Part shown: positions 18,352-28,700 of the stretch, piece after piece
Layout of the letters: every line of letters begins with the position of its first letter
How positions within the stretch are numbered: the first letter of the stretch is position 1
Assembly (NCBI GenBank): GCA_029932855.1
Contig: JAOZPG010000014.1
Location: 477 to 64,476, forward strand
DNA length: 64,000 nt
Direction of reading: 5' to 3'
From: Bacteroidales bacterium
Lineage (GTDB): Bacteria > Bacteroidota > Bacteroidia > Bacteroidales > VadinHA17
Program-made: the position numbers and the translations under genes
The notes under the pieces: model-generated
The model's database searches: none
What the model saw: the letters and a program-made list of their open reading frames with translations, nothing else
What the model was told of the DNA's origin: nothing

Positions 18352-19170
18352 ATGTCAAATCAAGCACAGATAGTCTTTCATATGGGACTGGCAAAGGTTG
18401 CCTCAACCTTCCTGCAGAATAGCATTTTTCCAAAATTCAAGGGAGTTTATTTTATAAGGAAGCTGGCTTACAGGCAAGACAGGAAAATAATTGCCCGTAC
18501 AAAACGACCAAGATACCTCCTGTCAAGAGAATTTGATTATTTCCTCGAAAAAAAACTAAGAACTTTTGCCGAAGATTACCCGGGAGCAAAAACAATAATT
18601 ATTTTACGCAGACACGACAGCTGGATAGCTTCGGAATACAGAAAATATGTTAAGAACGGGGGCCGTCTTTCTTTTGATCAATATTTTAATCTTGATAATA
18701 CGGCTAAGATAAAGACAGATGAACTTTATTTCATGGATAAAATAAAGACCCTGGAAAAGCTTTTCGGAACAAAACCACTTGTAATGTTTTATGATGATCT
18801 GAAAATCGATCCCTGGGCTTTTATAGATAAAATCGCCGGGTTCTCCGGCGCGAAGTACAACAAAAAAGACATATCCCTGAAAAAGGTTCATTCTTCATAC
18901 AACGAGAAACAACTGAAAATAATGAGGAGCTTTGCAAGATACTTTATCAGAAAAAATAGAAAATGGGCAAAAAACAGGACACTTTACTGGATTCAACGCA
19001 GGTCCAGGCTCCTGCTAAGCTATGTAATACTGTACCCTTCACTGCTTATCCCAGGGGCATGGGTCTGCAAAGAAGAACTGATACCATCCGGTAGCCTGGA
19101 AAAGATTAAGAACTTTTATGCCGGCGACTGGAATAAATGCATGGAATATGCAGGCTCAGGTGCTAAATAA
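18352..19170 (+). CDS. sulfotransferase-family protein (PAPS-dependent), acceptor unknown
   Basis: The track ORF starts at TTG 18322; the first ATG is 18352 (MSNQAQIVFHMGLAKVASTF...). It has a 5'-PSB-like loop GLAKVASTF, a 3'-PB-like motif RRHDSWIASEY and a hydrophobic C-terminal segment. It converges on cysC. Confidence 0.6.
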   Translation: MSNQAQIVFHMGLAKVASTFLQNSIFPKFKGVYFIRKLAYRQDRKIIARTKRPRYLLSREFDYFLEKKLRTFAEDYPGAKTIIILRRHDSWIASEYRKYVKNGGRLSFDQYFNLDNTAKIKTDELYFMDKIKTLEKLFGTKPLVMFYDDLKIDPWAFIDKIAGFSGAKYNKKDISLKKVHSSYNEKQLKIMRSFARYFIRKNRKWAKNRTLYWIQRRSRLLLSYVILYPSLLIPGAWVCKEELIPSGSLEKIKNFYAGDWNKCMEYAGSGAK

Positions 19171-19206
19171 GTATGCGGGCATAAGGCTAAATAAAGAAAA
19201 TAATGC

Positions 19207-19740
19207 TTAGCAGCCAAGCTGGCTCAACACACTGTCAACACTTTCCTCAATAGTCTGCTTGCTGGTATCAACCACTACATCCGGATTCTCAGGAGCTTCA
19301 TAAGGATCATCAATCCCTGTAAACTGGCTTATCTCTCCACTCCTGGCTTTCTTATATAATCCTTTAACATCTCTTTGCTCACACACTTCCAGAGGTGTTG
19401 ACACATATATCTCTCTGAAATTCAAACATAAAGATCTTACCGCCTCACGTGATTCCTTGTAAGGTGAAATAAAAGACGCAACAACAGTGATGCCATTCTT
19501 CTCCAGCATGCCGGCAAGAAATCCCACCCTGCGCACATGCCTGTCCCTTTCCTCTTTTGAGAAACCTGTTTTAGGAAAAATATCCCGCACCTTATCCCCG
19601 TCCAGATGCTCAACCTTTACACCCTTTGCCCTTATCCTTTTATACACCTCTTCAGCTATACTGCTTTTCCCTGCTCCCGACAAACCCGTAAACCACAACA
19701 CCATGGCTTCATTAATTACTCCTTCTGTCTTAGCACTCAT
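19207..19740 (-). CDS. cysC: adenylyl-sulfate (APS) kinase
   Basis: 177 aa. Motifs: WFTGLSGAGKSSIAE (P-loop), LDGDKVR, FISPY. Confidence 0.93.
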   Translation of the reverse strand: MSAKTEGVINEAMVLWFTGLSGAGKSSIAEEVYKRIRAKGVKVEHLDGDKVRDIFPKTGFSKEERDRHVRRVGFLAGMLEKNGITVVASFISPYKESREAVRSLCLNFREIYVSTPLEVCEQRDVKGLYKKARSGEISQFTGIDDPYEAPENPDVVVDTSKQTIEESVDSVLSQLGC

Positions 19741-19907
19741 TCTTTAAATATTTAATCTGCTGCAAACCTACATAACTTATTGAAAACAATACAGGGCTTT
19801 AATAAAAAAACGATATTTCTCAGGCCATAATCATTAAGCTATTTCATAGAAAAGTTTAATTTTAGGAAAAAATTCAAATTAGAGTTATTAATCTTAAAAT
19901 ATAAGCA

Positions 19908-20669
19908 TTGAAACGAATAGCACTGATCACCGGAACCACATCAGGAATTGGAAAGGCCACAGCAGAAAAACTCGCCAGCCAGGGATTAAACCTTATAATT
20001 ACCGGGCGAAGAAAAAAAATACTTGATGAACTAAAGACATCTCTTGCATCTGAATACGGGATAGAAATAATTGCCCTTAATTTTGATATCCGGAAAGCTG
20101 AAGAGGTAAAGGCAAATATAGCTGCCCTTTCCAAAGAATGGAAAAAGATAGATATACTGGTAAATAATGCGGGACTGGCAGCCGGGCTGGACCATATACA
20201 GGATGGAAAGATAGAGAACTGGGAAAGAATGATAGACACCAATATTAAAGGCCTGCTGTATATTTCACGTGAAGTAATGCCTTTAATGACAGCCAATAAA
20301 AAAGGACATATAATAAATATTGCTTCAACAGCAGGCAAGGAGGTGTACGAGAATGGAACAGTTTATTGTGCCACCAAGCATGCAGTGGATGCAATAAGCA
20401 AAGGAATGCGTTTAGACCTGCTAAAATATGGAATTAAGGTTACTTCAATATCACCGGGACTTGTTGAGACAGAATTTTCAATTGTAAGATTCGACGGGGA
20501 CAGGGAAAAGGCAAAACTTCCCTATAAAGGCATGAAGCCACTGACAGGAAAGGATATTGCAGAGGTAATATGGTTCTCACTGAACCAGCCGGAACATGTT
20601 AACCTTAACGATATAGTAATGACTGCCACCGCCCAGGCTAACTCAACAAATGTTTACCGTAAAGAATAA
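19908..20669 (+). CDS. short-chain dehydrogenase/reductase (YdfG-like NADP-dependent)
   Basis: 253 aa with a TTG start (no in-frame ATG nearby). Motifs: TGTTSGIGKATA (cofactor), NNAG, catalytic YCATKHA. Confidence 0.85.
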   Translation: MKRIALITGTTSGIGKATAEKLASQGLNLIITGRRKKILDELKTSLASEYGIEIIALNFDIRKAEEVKANIAALSKEWKKIDILVNNAGLAAGLDHIQDGKIENWERMIDTNIKGLLYISREVMPLMTANKKGHIINIASTAGKEVYENGTVYCATKHAVDAISKGMRLDLLKYGIKVTSISPGLVETEFSIVRFDGDREKAKLPYKGMKPLTGKDIAEVIWFSLNQPEHVNLNDIVMTATAQANSTNVYRKE

Positions 20670-20685
20670 ATTTTAGATATAACAG

Positions 20686-20810
20686 GCAAAGGACACGGAT
20701 TACAAACAGACTGCTGCAAAGGACACAGATGACAAACATACTGCTGGCAGGCAAAGGACACAGATGATAAACAGACTGCTGCAAAGGGCACGGATGATAA
20801 ACAGACTGCT
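20686..20810. repeat. tandem direct repeat, 4 x 30 bp with a 5-bp insertion
   Basis: Units GCAAAGGACACGGATTACAAACAGACTGCT lie at 20686-20715, 20716-20745, 20751-20780 and 20781-20810, with 5 variable positions. GGCAG is inserted between units 2 and 3. The array fills most of the 151-bp convergent spacer between the SDR and nitroreductase stops. Confidence 0.95.
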
Positions 20811-20820
20811 CCGCTGCGAT

Positions 20821-21588
20821 CTATTTATTCAAAAATCCTTGTTTTCTTATAACTTCCAGGAACTTCTCTGAAAAGAACTCATTATCCTTTTTTGTGTAGC
20901 GATTATCGGTAAATACCTGTGCAAGAGTTTCTTTGTTATTTTCCTTTAGCAGTTCGAGTGTCTCCTGCAATGATTCTTTTTCAGCATATATCCTGTCTAT
21001 ATCATCCGCACTATAATCGGAATATTTCTCGTAATGAACAACTCCCTCAAGGGGCAGCCTATTAGTAATTGAAGGAGCCTCAGCCGGGTAGCCCACAACA
21101 ATGGTAGTAACCGGCACCACCCCCCGGGGCAGGTCAAGAGCAGCAATTATTTCATCAGCCATATATGTGGTAGTACCAAGGTAACAAATTCCCAGTCCCT
21201 TGTCTTCGGCAGCAATGGCAACATTTTGTGCAACGAGCAAAGCATCAATTGCAGCAGTAAAGAACGACAGGTAGTTATCATAACCCGGAAAGGCATCTCT
21301 CTGTTTACACCATTTATTGAACCTGTTAAAATCTGCACAAAAAGTAATTAGCACAGGGGCCTGCTTTACCATATCCTGTTTAAAATGAAGCTCCCAAAGT
21401 TTTTCTTTTAGCTCTTTTCCTGTTGTAAGCACCATGGAATAAGCCTGCATATTGCCTGTTGTGGATGCCCTGGTCCCTGCTATAAGTATTTCTTCGAGCA
21501 ACTGCCTGTCAATCTCCTTGTCTCTGTATTGCCTTATTGACCTGTGATGTAGTATGGTAGATATCATAATGGTTTTATTTAATGTCAA
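20821..21588 (-). CDS. nitroreductase-family NAD(P)H-flavin oxidoreductase (NfsA-like)
   Basis: 255 aa. Motifs: ILHHRSIRQY, IAGTRASTTGNMQAYS, CYLGT. Confidence 0.85.
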   Translation of the reverse strand: MTLNKTIMISTILHHRSIRQYRDKEIDRQLLEEILIAGTRASTTGNMQAYSMVLTTGKELKEKLWELHFKQDMVKQAPVLITFCADFNRFNKWCKQRDAFPGYDNYLSFFTAAIDALLVAQNVAIAAEDKGLGICYLGTTTYMADEIIAALDLPRGVVPVTTIVVGYPAEAPSITNRLPLEGVVHYEKYSDYSADDIDRIYAEKESLQETLELLKENNKETLAQVFTDNRYTKKDNEFFSEKFLEVIRKQGFLNK

Positions 21589-21805
21589 AATAATAAAAGG
21601 ATAAAAGTTAAAACAAGGATAAAATTCATATTTAGCTTCTTATCTATCTTAAGCTTTCCCTTATAACCCAAAATTTATTACTAATCAAAAACTGTTCATA
21701 ACTACCAATTAATTTACATAGAATTATAGAATAATTTAAATAAATTTATTTACTTTTTTATAAAAATTAAATCTCAACAGATAACGCAAAAAACACAAAG
21801 CAATT

Positions 21806-24800
21806 ATGAAAAAATCTTTACTCTTTCTTTTAACACTTTTTCTTCCCTTATTTGTTTATTCACAGGCCGTCTTCATTAATGAACTTCATTATGATGATTC
21901 CGGCACAGATATAGATGAAGGGGTTGAAATAGCAGGACCGGCAGGAACAGATCTATCAACTTTTTCTGTTGTTGCTTATAACGGCAATGGAGGAGCCTCC
22001 TACAATACTGTTTCACTTTCCGGAACTATCCCTGATCTGCAAAACGGCTTTGGAGCCATGTGGTTTGATATAGCTGGCCTGCAGAATGGTGCTCCTGACG
22101 GACTGGCACTTGTAAATAATACTACAGAAGTAATCCAGTTTTTGAGTTATGAAGGCACATTTACCGCAACCGATGGTCCTGCTTCCGGATTGACAAGCAC
22201 AAACATAGGAGTTAATGAATCCAGCGTACCTGACGGGCTTTCTCTCCAGCTTACGGGAACCGGAGCCGTTTACACAGATTTTTCATGGCATGGAGCTATC
22301 ACTTCTACCCATAATGCAGTAAATACAGGCCAGACCTTTTCTTCAGGTGCAGATACTGACCCTCCGGTATGGACAACCTCATACCCATTAGCCAGGAATA
22401 TAGTTGATAATAAAGCAACACTTGTAGTTAATATGGATGAGGCCGGAGTAGCTTATTATATTGTTGTTTATGCCGGTGCCACAGCTCCAACCGCTGAACA
22501 GGTAAAAGCCGGTGTTGATTATGATACGGTACATGTTCTTCCAAGAGGAAATATCCTTGTTGAAGCGGCAAATACCGAATACTATGAAATCATTTCAGGA
22601 GCCATACCTGAAGCTTCTTACGATGTATGGACTGTTGCAGAAGATGCATTTACCAACCTTCAGGCAAGTCCTGCCATGATAAATGTTACGATGACTCCTT
22701 TGCGTAGCCTGGCAATCACAGAACCCCAGACAAATGATGTTATGTCTGTTGGTGACACGCTTAAATTTAAATGGACATCAACAAATATAGACAGCCTGAT
22801 TATAGGTGCATACTCCTATGCAGAAGATGAAATATTTATCATTAATGAAGATGAAGGAGAATTTACACCTATTGAAGCAGCTGCGGGCAGCTGGGATTTA
22901 TGGATCCCACATGAAGCAGATCCGGGGAATTATGATTTTATTTTCTATGATTATTACGACACCACATTTCATGAGTCTGTAGGTCCGGTAAGCCTTGAAG
23001 ATAACCGTGCCCTGGAACTTGTAAGCCCGGTAGATTACCAGACTTTTTATCTTGGTGACACAATTATTTTTGAATGGACCAGTTCAGGAATCGATAGTAT
23101 ATTACTCGGGTCATATGTTTATGAAGATGATGAAATTAACATTTTTACATCTGACCATGAAACAGGAGAACTTATGCCACTTGCCGCAGACAGGGATACT
23201 TTCTCACTGGTCATTCCCCCTGAAGCCGATGTGGATTCAGTGGACATTCTGATCTTTGATTATTATGACACTGCTTTCTACGACAGGGTTCTGCGTGTTT
23301 ACCTGATTGATACATTAGTTCCTGAAATAGATAAACTCTTTCCTGAGAACGGATCAACAACTGTTCCGCTGGGAGCTTCATTTACTATCAAGTTTAACGA
23401 AGAAGTATTTGCAGGAGTAGGTAGTTTCCACCTCAGGAAGGAAGATGGCACACTGATTGAAAGTTTTAATATTGCCGGTCTTACTATAGATAATAAAAGA
23501 ATCATACTTACACCATCCCAGGCTTTGCAAATTGACAAGACCTATTATATTGACTGGGATAATGGAGTTGTTAAAGACAAGAATAACCTCAATTTTACCG
23601 GTGTAAGCGGTGATAGCAACTGGAAATTCACAACAGGTACTGATCTCTTTATTTCTGAATACATAGAAGGCAGCTCCAACAATAAAGCCCTTGAGATATA
23701 TAATGCTACAGGAGAAACTGTGGATCTGTCAAATTATGCATTCTGGAGAATTAGTAATGGTGGCGACTGGGCAGAAGGAGAAGCAAATGCCGTTGTACTG
23801 GAAGGAAGCCTTGCAGACGGTGAAGTATTTGTCGTTTGCAACAGCAGTGCAAGTCCGGAGATCCAGGCCGTTTCAGACATGATAGGAAGCTCAGCAACCT
23901 ATTACAATGGAGACGATGCCATAGGTCTTGCCCGTAAGCTCGGTGATAACTGGTTCTTAATTGACAAGGTTGGTGATGAAGGACCTGACCCTGGTTCAGG
24001 CTGGGTAGTAGCCGGTGTACCTCATGCAACTGTCGAACACACTCTTATTAGGAAAAAAACAGTTGTCCGGGGAAATCTTGACTGGTCAGTGTCAGCCGGA
24101 ACAACTTCTACAAATTCAGAATGGTTTATAGCTACACAGGACTATATTGTTAACCTTGGAGAACCAAGTCCACAGGGAAGTGATAATACCATGATTGAGG
24201 CAATTGTATTATTAGATACCCTGCAAAATAATGTAACTGTAAGCTCGGTTGTTGACACCCTGGCAGGGACTGCTGCGGTTGAGATCCTCTTTGGTATGGA
24301 TTCGCAGCTTGATTCACTGGTAGCTGTTCTCACACTGGCAGATGGAGCAACTTCATCACCTCAGTCAGGAGACACTCTCGACTTTACAAATCCTGTTGTA
24401 TTTACTGTTACTGCCGAGGATGGTTTTACAACCCGCGACTGGACAGTGACCGTAACTGTGTCCGCAACAGTTAGCTCCGAAAATGATATCCTGGTATTTT
24501 CTGTTGAAGGATCTGAGGAGGATGCCGTTATAGGCGACGGAACAGTTGATCTGGTGATGCCTTATGGTGCAGACCTGACGACACTTGTCCCCACCATAGA
24601 AGTTTCGGCAGGAGCAAGCCTTAATCCGGCCTCGGGAATTGCCCAGGACTTTACATCACCTGTAGTATATACAGTTACTGCCCAGGATGGAACAAGCAGG
24701 GACTGGACAATAAATATTACCAATAAAGAGGTTTATTATATAAATGTTTATAGTATACAGTACACTGAAGATGCCAGTGGAAACTCTCCCCATTTAGGAG

Positions 24801-25594
24801 AACTTGTTAAAACAGGCGGTATAATCACTGCCATAAACATTTATCAGTCTGAGTTAAAGGGCTATTTCATACAGACCGAAGAAGGGGAATGGTGTGGAAT
24901 ATATATTTATGATCCGGGCCGTGATCAGACAGACAACCCGCAGCTGGGTGACAGTATTGAAGTTGTTGGTTCAGTAGATGAATACTACAATACAACCCAG
25001 ATCAAGAACATACTTGAATATACTACTCTTGGAACAGGCAAAACATTACCCGGACCACTTGCTGTTACTACGGGAAGTGCAGGTATGGAGTCTCATGAAA
25101 GTTTATTTATGAAGATTTCCAATGCTGAGTGTACTAATCCTGATATGGGACACGGAGAGGTTGAGGTAAATGACGGAACAGGAGCTTTATTACTTGACGA
25201 TTTCCTGTACCAATATGATCCATTTGTTCTTAACAAACATTACGATATTACCGGTGTAATTACTTATTCATATAGCAACTGGAAACTTCTTCCACGCAGT
25301 GCTGATGATATATCTGAAGTGGTTGGAATTGGAGAAACAACTTTTTCAAGCAAGCTGAGAATTTACCCGAACCCCAACACAGGACGCTTCAGTATTGAAA
25401 TACCTGCAGAAGCAAAAGGAAGTGTGGAGATCAGTATCCTGAATATTACAGGACAGCTAATTCACAGTGATCTTATCAAGGCCGGCTCCGGGAATATTGT
25501 CGAGATTGATATAAGTAATGAAGCCAGGGGATTATATTTTATTAAGCTTAGTGACGGGACTGATTCGAGTATCACAAAATTCATTAAACAATAA
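21806..25594 (+). CDS. large secreted multidomain T9SS cargo: 2 x lamin-tail (LTD) domains, Ig-like modules, OB-like module, type-A T9SS C-terminal sorting domain
   Basis: 1262 aa with a signal peptide. LTD signatures are VFINELHYDDSGTDIDEGVEIAG and LFISEYIEGSSNNKALEIYNATGETVDLSNY. There are tandem ~105-aa modules and paired modules ending DFT(N/S)PVV(F/Y)TVTA(E/Q)DG..RDWT. The CTD reads LRIYPNPNTGRFSIEI...GLYFIKLSDG. Confidence 0.75.
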   Translation: MKKSLLFLLTLFLPLFVYSQAVFINELHYDDSGTDIDEGVEIAGPAGTDLSTFSVVAYNGNGGASYNTVSLSGTIPDLQNGFGAMWFDIAGLQNGAPDGLALVNNTTEVIQFLSYEGTFTATDGPASGLTSTNIGVNESSVPDGLSLQLTGTGAVYTDFSWHGAITSTHNAVNTGQTFSSGADTDPPVWTTSYPLARNIVDNKATLVVNMDEAGVAYYIVVYAGATAPTAEQVKAGVDYDTVHVLPRGNILVEAANTEYYEIISGAIPEASYDVWTVAEDAFTNLQASPAMINVTMTPLRSLAITEPQTNDVMSVGDTLKFKWTSTNIDSLIIGAYSYAEDEIFIINEDEGEFTPIEAAAGSWDLWIPHEADPGNYDFIFYDYYDTTFHESVGPVSLEDNRALELVSPVDYQTFYLGDTIIFEWTSSGIDSILLGSYVYEDDEINIFTSDHETGELMPLAADRDTFSLVIPPEADVDSVDILIFDYYDTAFYDRVLRVYLIDTLVPEIDKLFPENGSTTVPLGASFTIKFNEEVFAGVGSFHLRKEDGTLIESFNIAGLTIDNKRIILTPSQALQIDKTYYIDWDNGVVKDKNNLNFTGVSGDSNWKFTTGTDLFISEYIEGSSNNKALEIYNATGETVDLSNYAFWRISNGGDWAEGEANAVVLEGSLADGEVFVVCNSSASPEIQAVSDMIGSSATYYNGDDAIGLARKLGDNWFLIDKVGDEGPDPGSGWVVAGVPHATVEHTLIRKKTVVRGNLDWSVSAGTTSTNSEWFIATQDYIVNLGEPSPQGSDNTMIEAIVLLDTLQNNVTVSSVVDTLAGTAAVEILFGMDSQLDSLVAVLTLADGATSSPQSGDTLDFTNPVVFTVTAEDGFTTRDWTVTVTVSATVSSENDILVFSVEGSEEDAVIGDGTVDLVMPYGADLTTLVPTIEVSAGASLNPASGIAQDFTSPVVYTVTAQDGTSRDWTINITNKEVYYINVYSIQYTEDASGNSPHLGELVKTGGIITAINIYQSELKGYFIQTEEGEWCGIYIYDPGRDQTDNPQLGDSIEVVGSVDEYYNTTQIKNILEYTTLGTGKTLPGPLAVTTGSAGMESHESLFMKISNAECTNPDMGHGEVEVNDGTGALLLDDFLYQYDPFVLNKHYDITGVITYSYSNWKLLPRSADDISEVVGIGETTFSSKLRIYPNPNTGRFSIEIPAEAKGSVEISILNITGQLIHSDLIKAGSGNIVEIDISNEARGLYFIKLSDGTDSSITKFIKQ

Positions 25595-25628
25595 GCAGCC
25601 AGGTTTAAGTACTATATAAGCTATCCGG

Positions 25629-25661
25629 GGAAGTCCGCCAATGTGCGGACTTCCTTTTTTT
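25629..25661 (+). terminator. rho-independent terminator
   Basis: 10-bp perfect stem GGAAGTCCGC / GCGGACTTCC, a 6-nt loop, then T7. It lies 35 nt after the T9SS cargo stop. Confidence 0.85.
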
Positions 25662-25777
25662 ATAATATTCTATAATAATGGGACTTGCAATATAAAAAGA
25701 CCATAGCCTTTATCTTATATTTTTAATAACTTAGCAAAACAATTCTAAAGAGCCATAAATCATAATTCAATATCCAA

Positions 25778-28700
25778 ATGAAAACTATCTTATATTCCCG
25801 CCTTTACATTGCCATGCTTGCAATGATACTGTTATTTCCGCTCTCAGTTCAGGCCCAGAAAAGTAAAAAATCAAAATCATCAGATGATACTTCAGTCATT
25901 GTTGACAAGTCTCTCATGGGGGCATTGAAGTTTCGTAGCATAGGACCGGCAATTGCTTCAGGAAGAATTGCCGACATTGCTGTAAATCCTGAAAATCCTG
26001 CAGAATATTATGTTGGCACTGCTTCGGGGGGATTATGGAAGACCACAAACAACGGGACTACTTTTAAATCTATTTTCGATCAACAGCCGGTTTTCTCCAT
26101 AGGCTGCCTGGCCATAGATCCTAAAAACCCCAATGTTGTCTGGGCAGGAACAGGTGAGAATAACTCGCAAAGAAATCTTGCCTATGGCGATGGTATATAT
26201 AAAACGCTTGATGCCGGTAAGACATGGAAAAATATGGGACTTAAAAAATCAGAACATATTGGTAAAATAATCATCCATCCCGACAATACAGACATTGTAT
26301 ATGCAGCCTGCCAGGGACCTGCCTGGGGACCGGGTGGAGACAGGGGCCTTTATAAAACAAGCAACGGCGGGGAAAGCTGGGAGCTGATTCTGGAGATAAG
26401 CAAATATACCGGGATAAGCGACCTGGCTATGGATCCACGAAACCCCGATATTCTCTATGCCGTGGCACATCAAAGAGAAAGAAGGGTATATTCCAAGATT
26501 GACGGAGGCCCCGAATCGGCCATATACAAATCCACTGACGGGGGAAAGAACTGGAGAAAACTGAGCAATGGACTGCCCTCGGGGGATGTTGGAAGGATAG
26601 GCATAGCAGTGTCTCCTCCAAACCCTGACATAGTATATGCCATTATTGAACTCCCCGGTAATAAGGGAGGTTTCTACAGGAGCCTTGATATGGGCGAAAG
26701 CTGGGAAAAAAGAAGTAATGAGATATCAAGCAGTCCACAGTACTACCAGGAAATTCATGCTGACCTGGTAGATCCTGACAGGGTGATCTCACTTAACACT
26801 TTTAATATGCTGAGTGATGACGGGGGAAAGACTTTTCGAATGCTGGGTGAGAAAAACAAGCATGTTGACAATCATTCACTATGGATGGACCCTGTATATA
26901 CCAGGCATTATATTGCAGGATGTGACGGAGGTATTTACGAAAGTTTTGACAGGGGTAAAAACTGGCTTTTCAAATCCAATCTGCCCATTTCACAATTTTA
27001 TCATGTCCGCACCGATATGCGTTTCCCTTTTTACAATGTTTACGGTGGCGCCCAGGATAACGGAAGCTGGATAGGTCCTTCCCGCACGCGCTACAGAAAC
27101 AGCCTGAATGAAGACTGGATATTCACAACAGGCGGAGATGGTTACCTGTCAATACCTGAGCCCGGTAATCCTGATATTTCTTATGCTTCATCACAATACG
27201 GGGGCATGGTCAGGTATGATGAAAAGACAGGGAATACTGTTGATATAAAGCCACAGCCAAAAAACAATGAGACATACCGTTTTAACTGGAACACACCCTA
27301 TTTTATCAGTCCCCATAACAATACCACCCTGTATGCAGCAGCAAACAAAATCTTTAAATCTACAGACAGGGGCGATTCATGGACAGAGATAAGCGGAGAC
27401 CTCAGCAGGCAAATAGATGTTAATACTCTTCCTATGATGGGTAAGATATGGCCTCCCGAAGCAATTGCAAAATCTGTTTCCACATCACCTTTTGGAAATA
27501 TTTTTGCCCTGGCAGAGTCTCCGCTGAAACAGGGACTGCTTTATGCCGGAACAGATGACGGACTGATACAGGTTTCTGAAAACGATGGAGGAAACTGGAC
27601 AAAATACGAATCATTCCCGGGTGTTCCCGATATGACATTTGTTAATTACATCCTTCCCTCCAAACATGATGAAAATACGGTTTATGCCTGCTTCGACGGG
27701 AGGAAAAACAACAGTGACTTTAAGCCCTACCTCTTAAAAAGTACTGATAAGGGTAAATCATGGAGATCAATTGCTTCAAACCTTCCTGACGGAACTGTTT
27801 ATGTAATCAGGGAAGACCATATTAATAAGGACATACTGTTCATAGGTACTGAATGGGGAGTATATCTGAGTCTTAACGGGGGAAATAAATGGATAAGACT
27901 AAAATCCGGCCTTCCCCCAATACAGGTCAAAGACCTTGACATACAGGAAAGAGAGAATGACCTTGTAGTAGCAAGTTTCGGGCGCGGCTTTTATATACTT
28001 GAAAACTATGCTTACCTCAGGGAGCTTAACGAGGATATACTCAATAAGGAAGCCTATATCTTCGATATAAAAGATGCCATGCTTTATTATCCGGCACGCC
28101 ATGGAGGAAGCATGGGAGATGTATATTACAAGGCAGCAAATCCTCGTGTAGAGGCAAGTTTTACATATTACTATTCCAGGACCCTGAAAACAGCAAGCCA
28201 GCTGAGAAAAGCTCAGCACGCTAAAGACCTGAAGGCAGGGAAAATCATTAAATATCCCGGCAGGGATGAGCTGTGGGCTGAAGACACCGAACAGGCTGCT
28301 TCACTGGTATTTACCATCTTTGATGCCAATGACAATATTATTACAAGGCTGAAAGCAAGTCCCAAAAAAGGAATTGCAAGAATATCATGGAACATGAGCT
28401 ACCCCTCTGCAATGATAAGCGATGGCAGAAGATCTTATTACGGATCCGGCGGCCCAAAAGTCCCCCCCGGAACATACAAGGTAAATCTGTCCTTGCTGAA
28501 AGATGGTAAGATAAGTCCTCTTACTGAAGCAAAAGAATTCAAAATTGTTTCATGGGACAACAGCAGCCTGGAAAATACTAAGCTGCAGGAAAAATATGAA
28601 TTCCTTAAAGAAGTAAACAGGCTAAGTAGCTCGGTAAACATATCCGCATCTTCTGCCCGCGATTACAGGAAAGAACTTGAGACAATAAATAAAGCTCTTA

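Noticed and set aside
20686-20810. Second 30-bp tandem array considered as CRISPR or as a C-terminal repeat extension of the SDR or nitroreductase genes
   Set aside because: There are no spacers. The SDR frame hits a stop within the second unit, and the 5-bp insertion breaks the decapeptide periodicity. The array lies downstream of both convergent stop codons.
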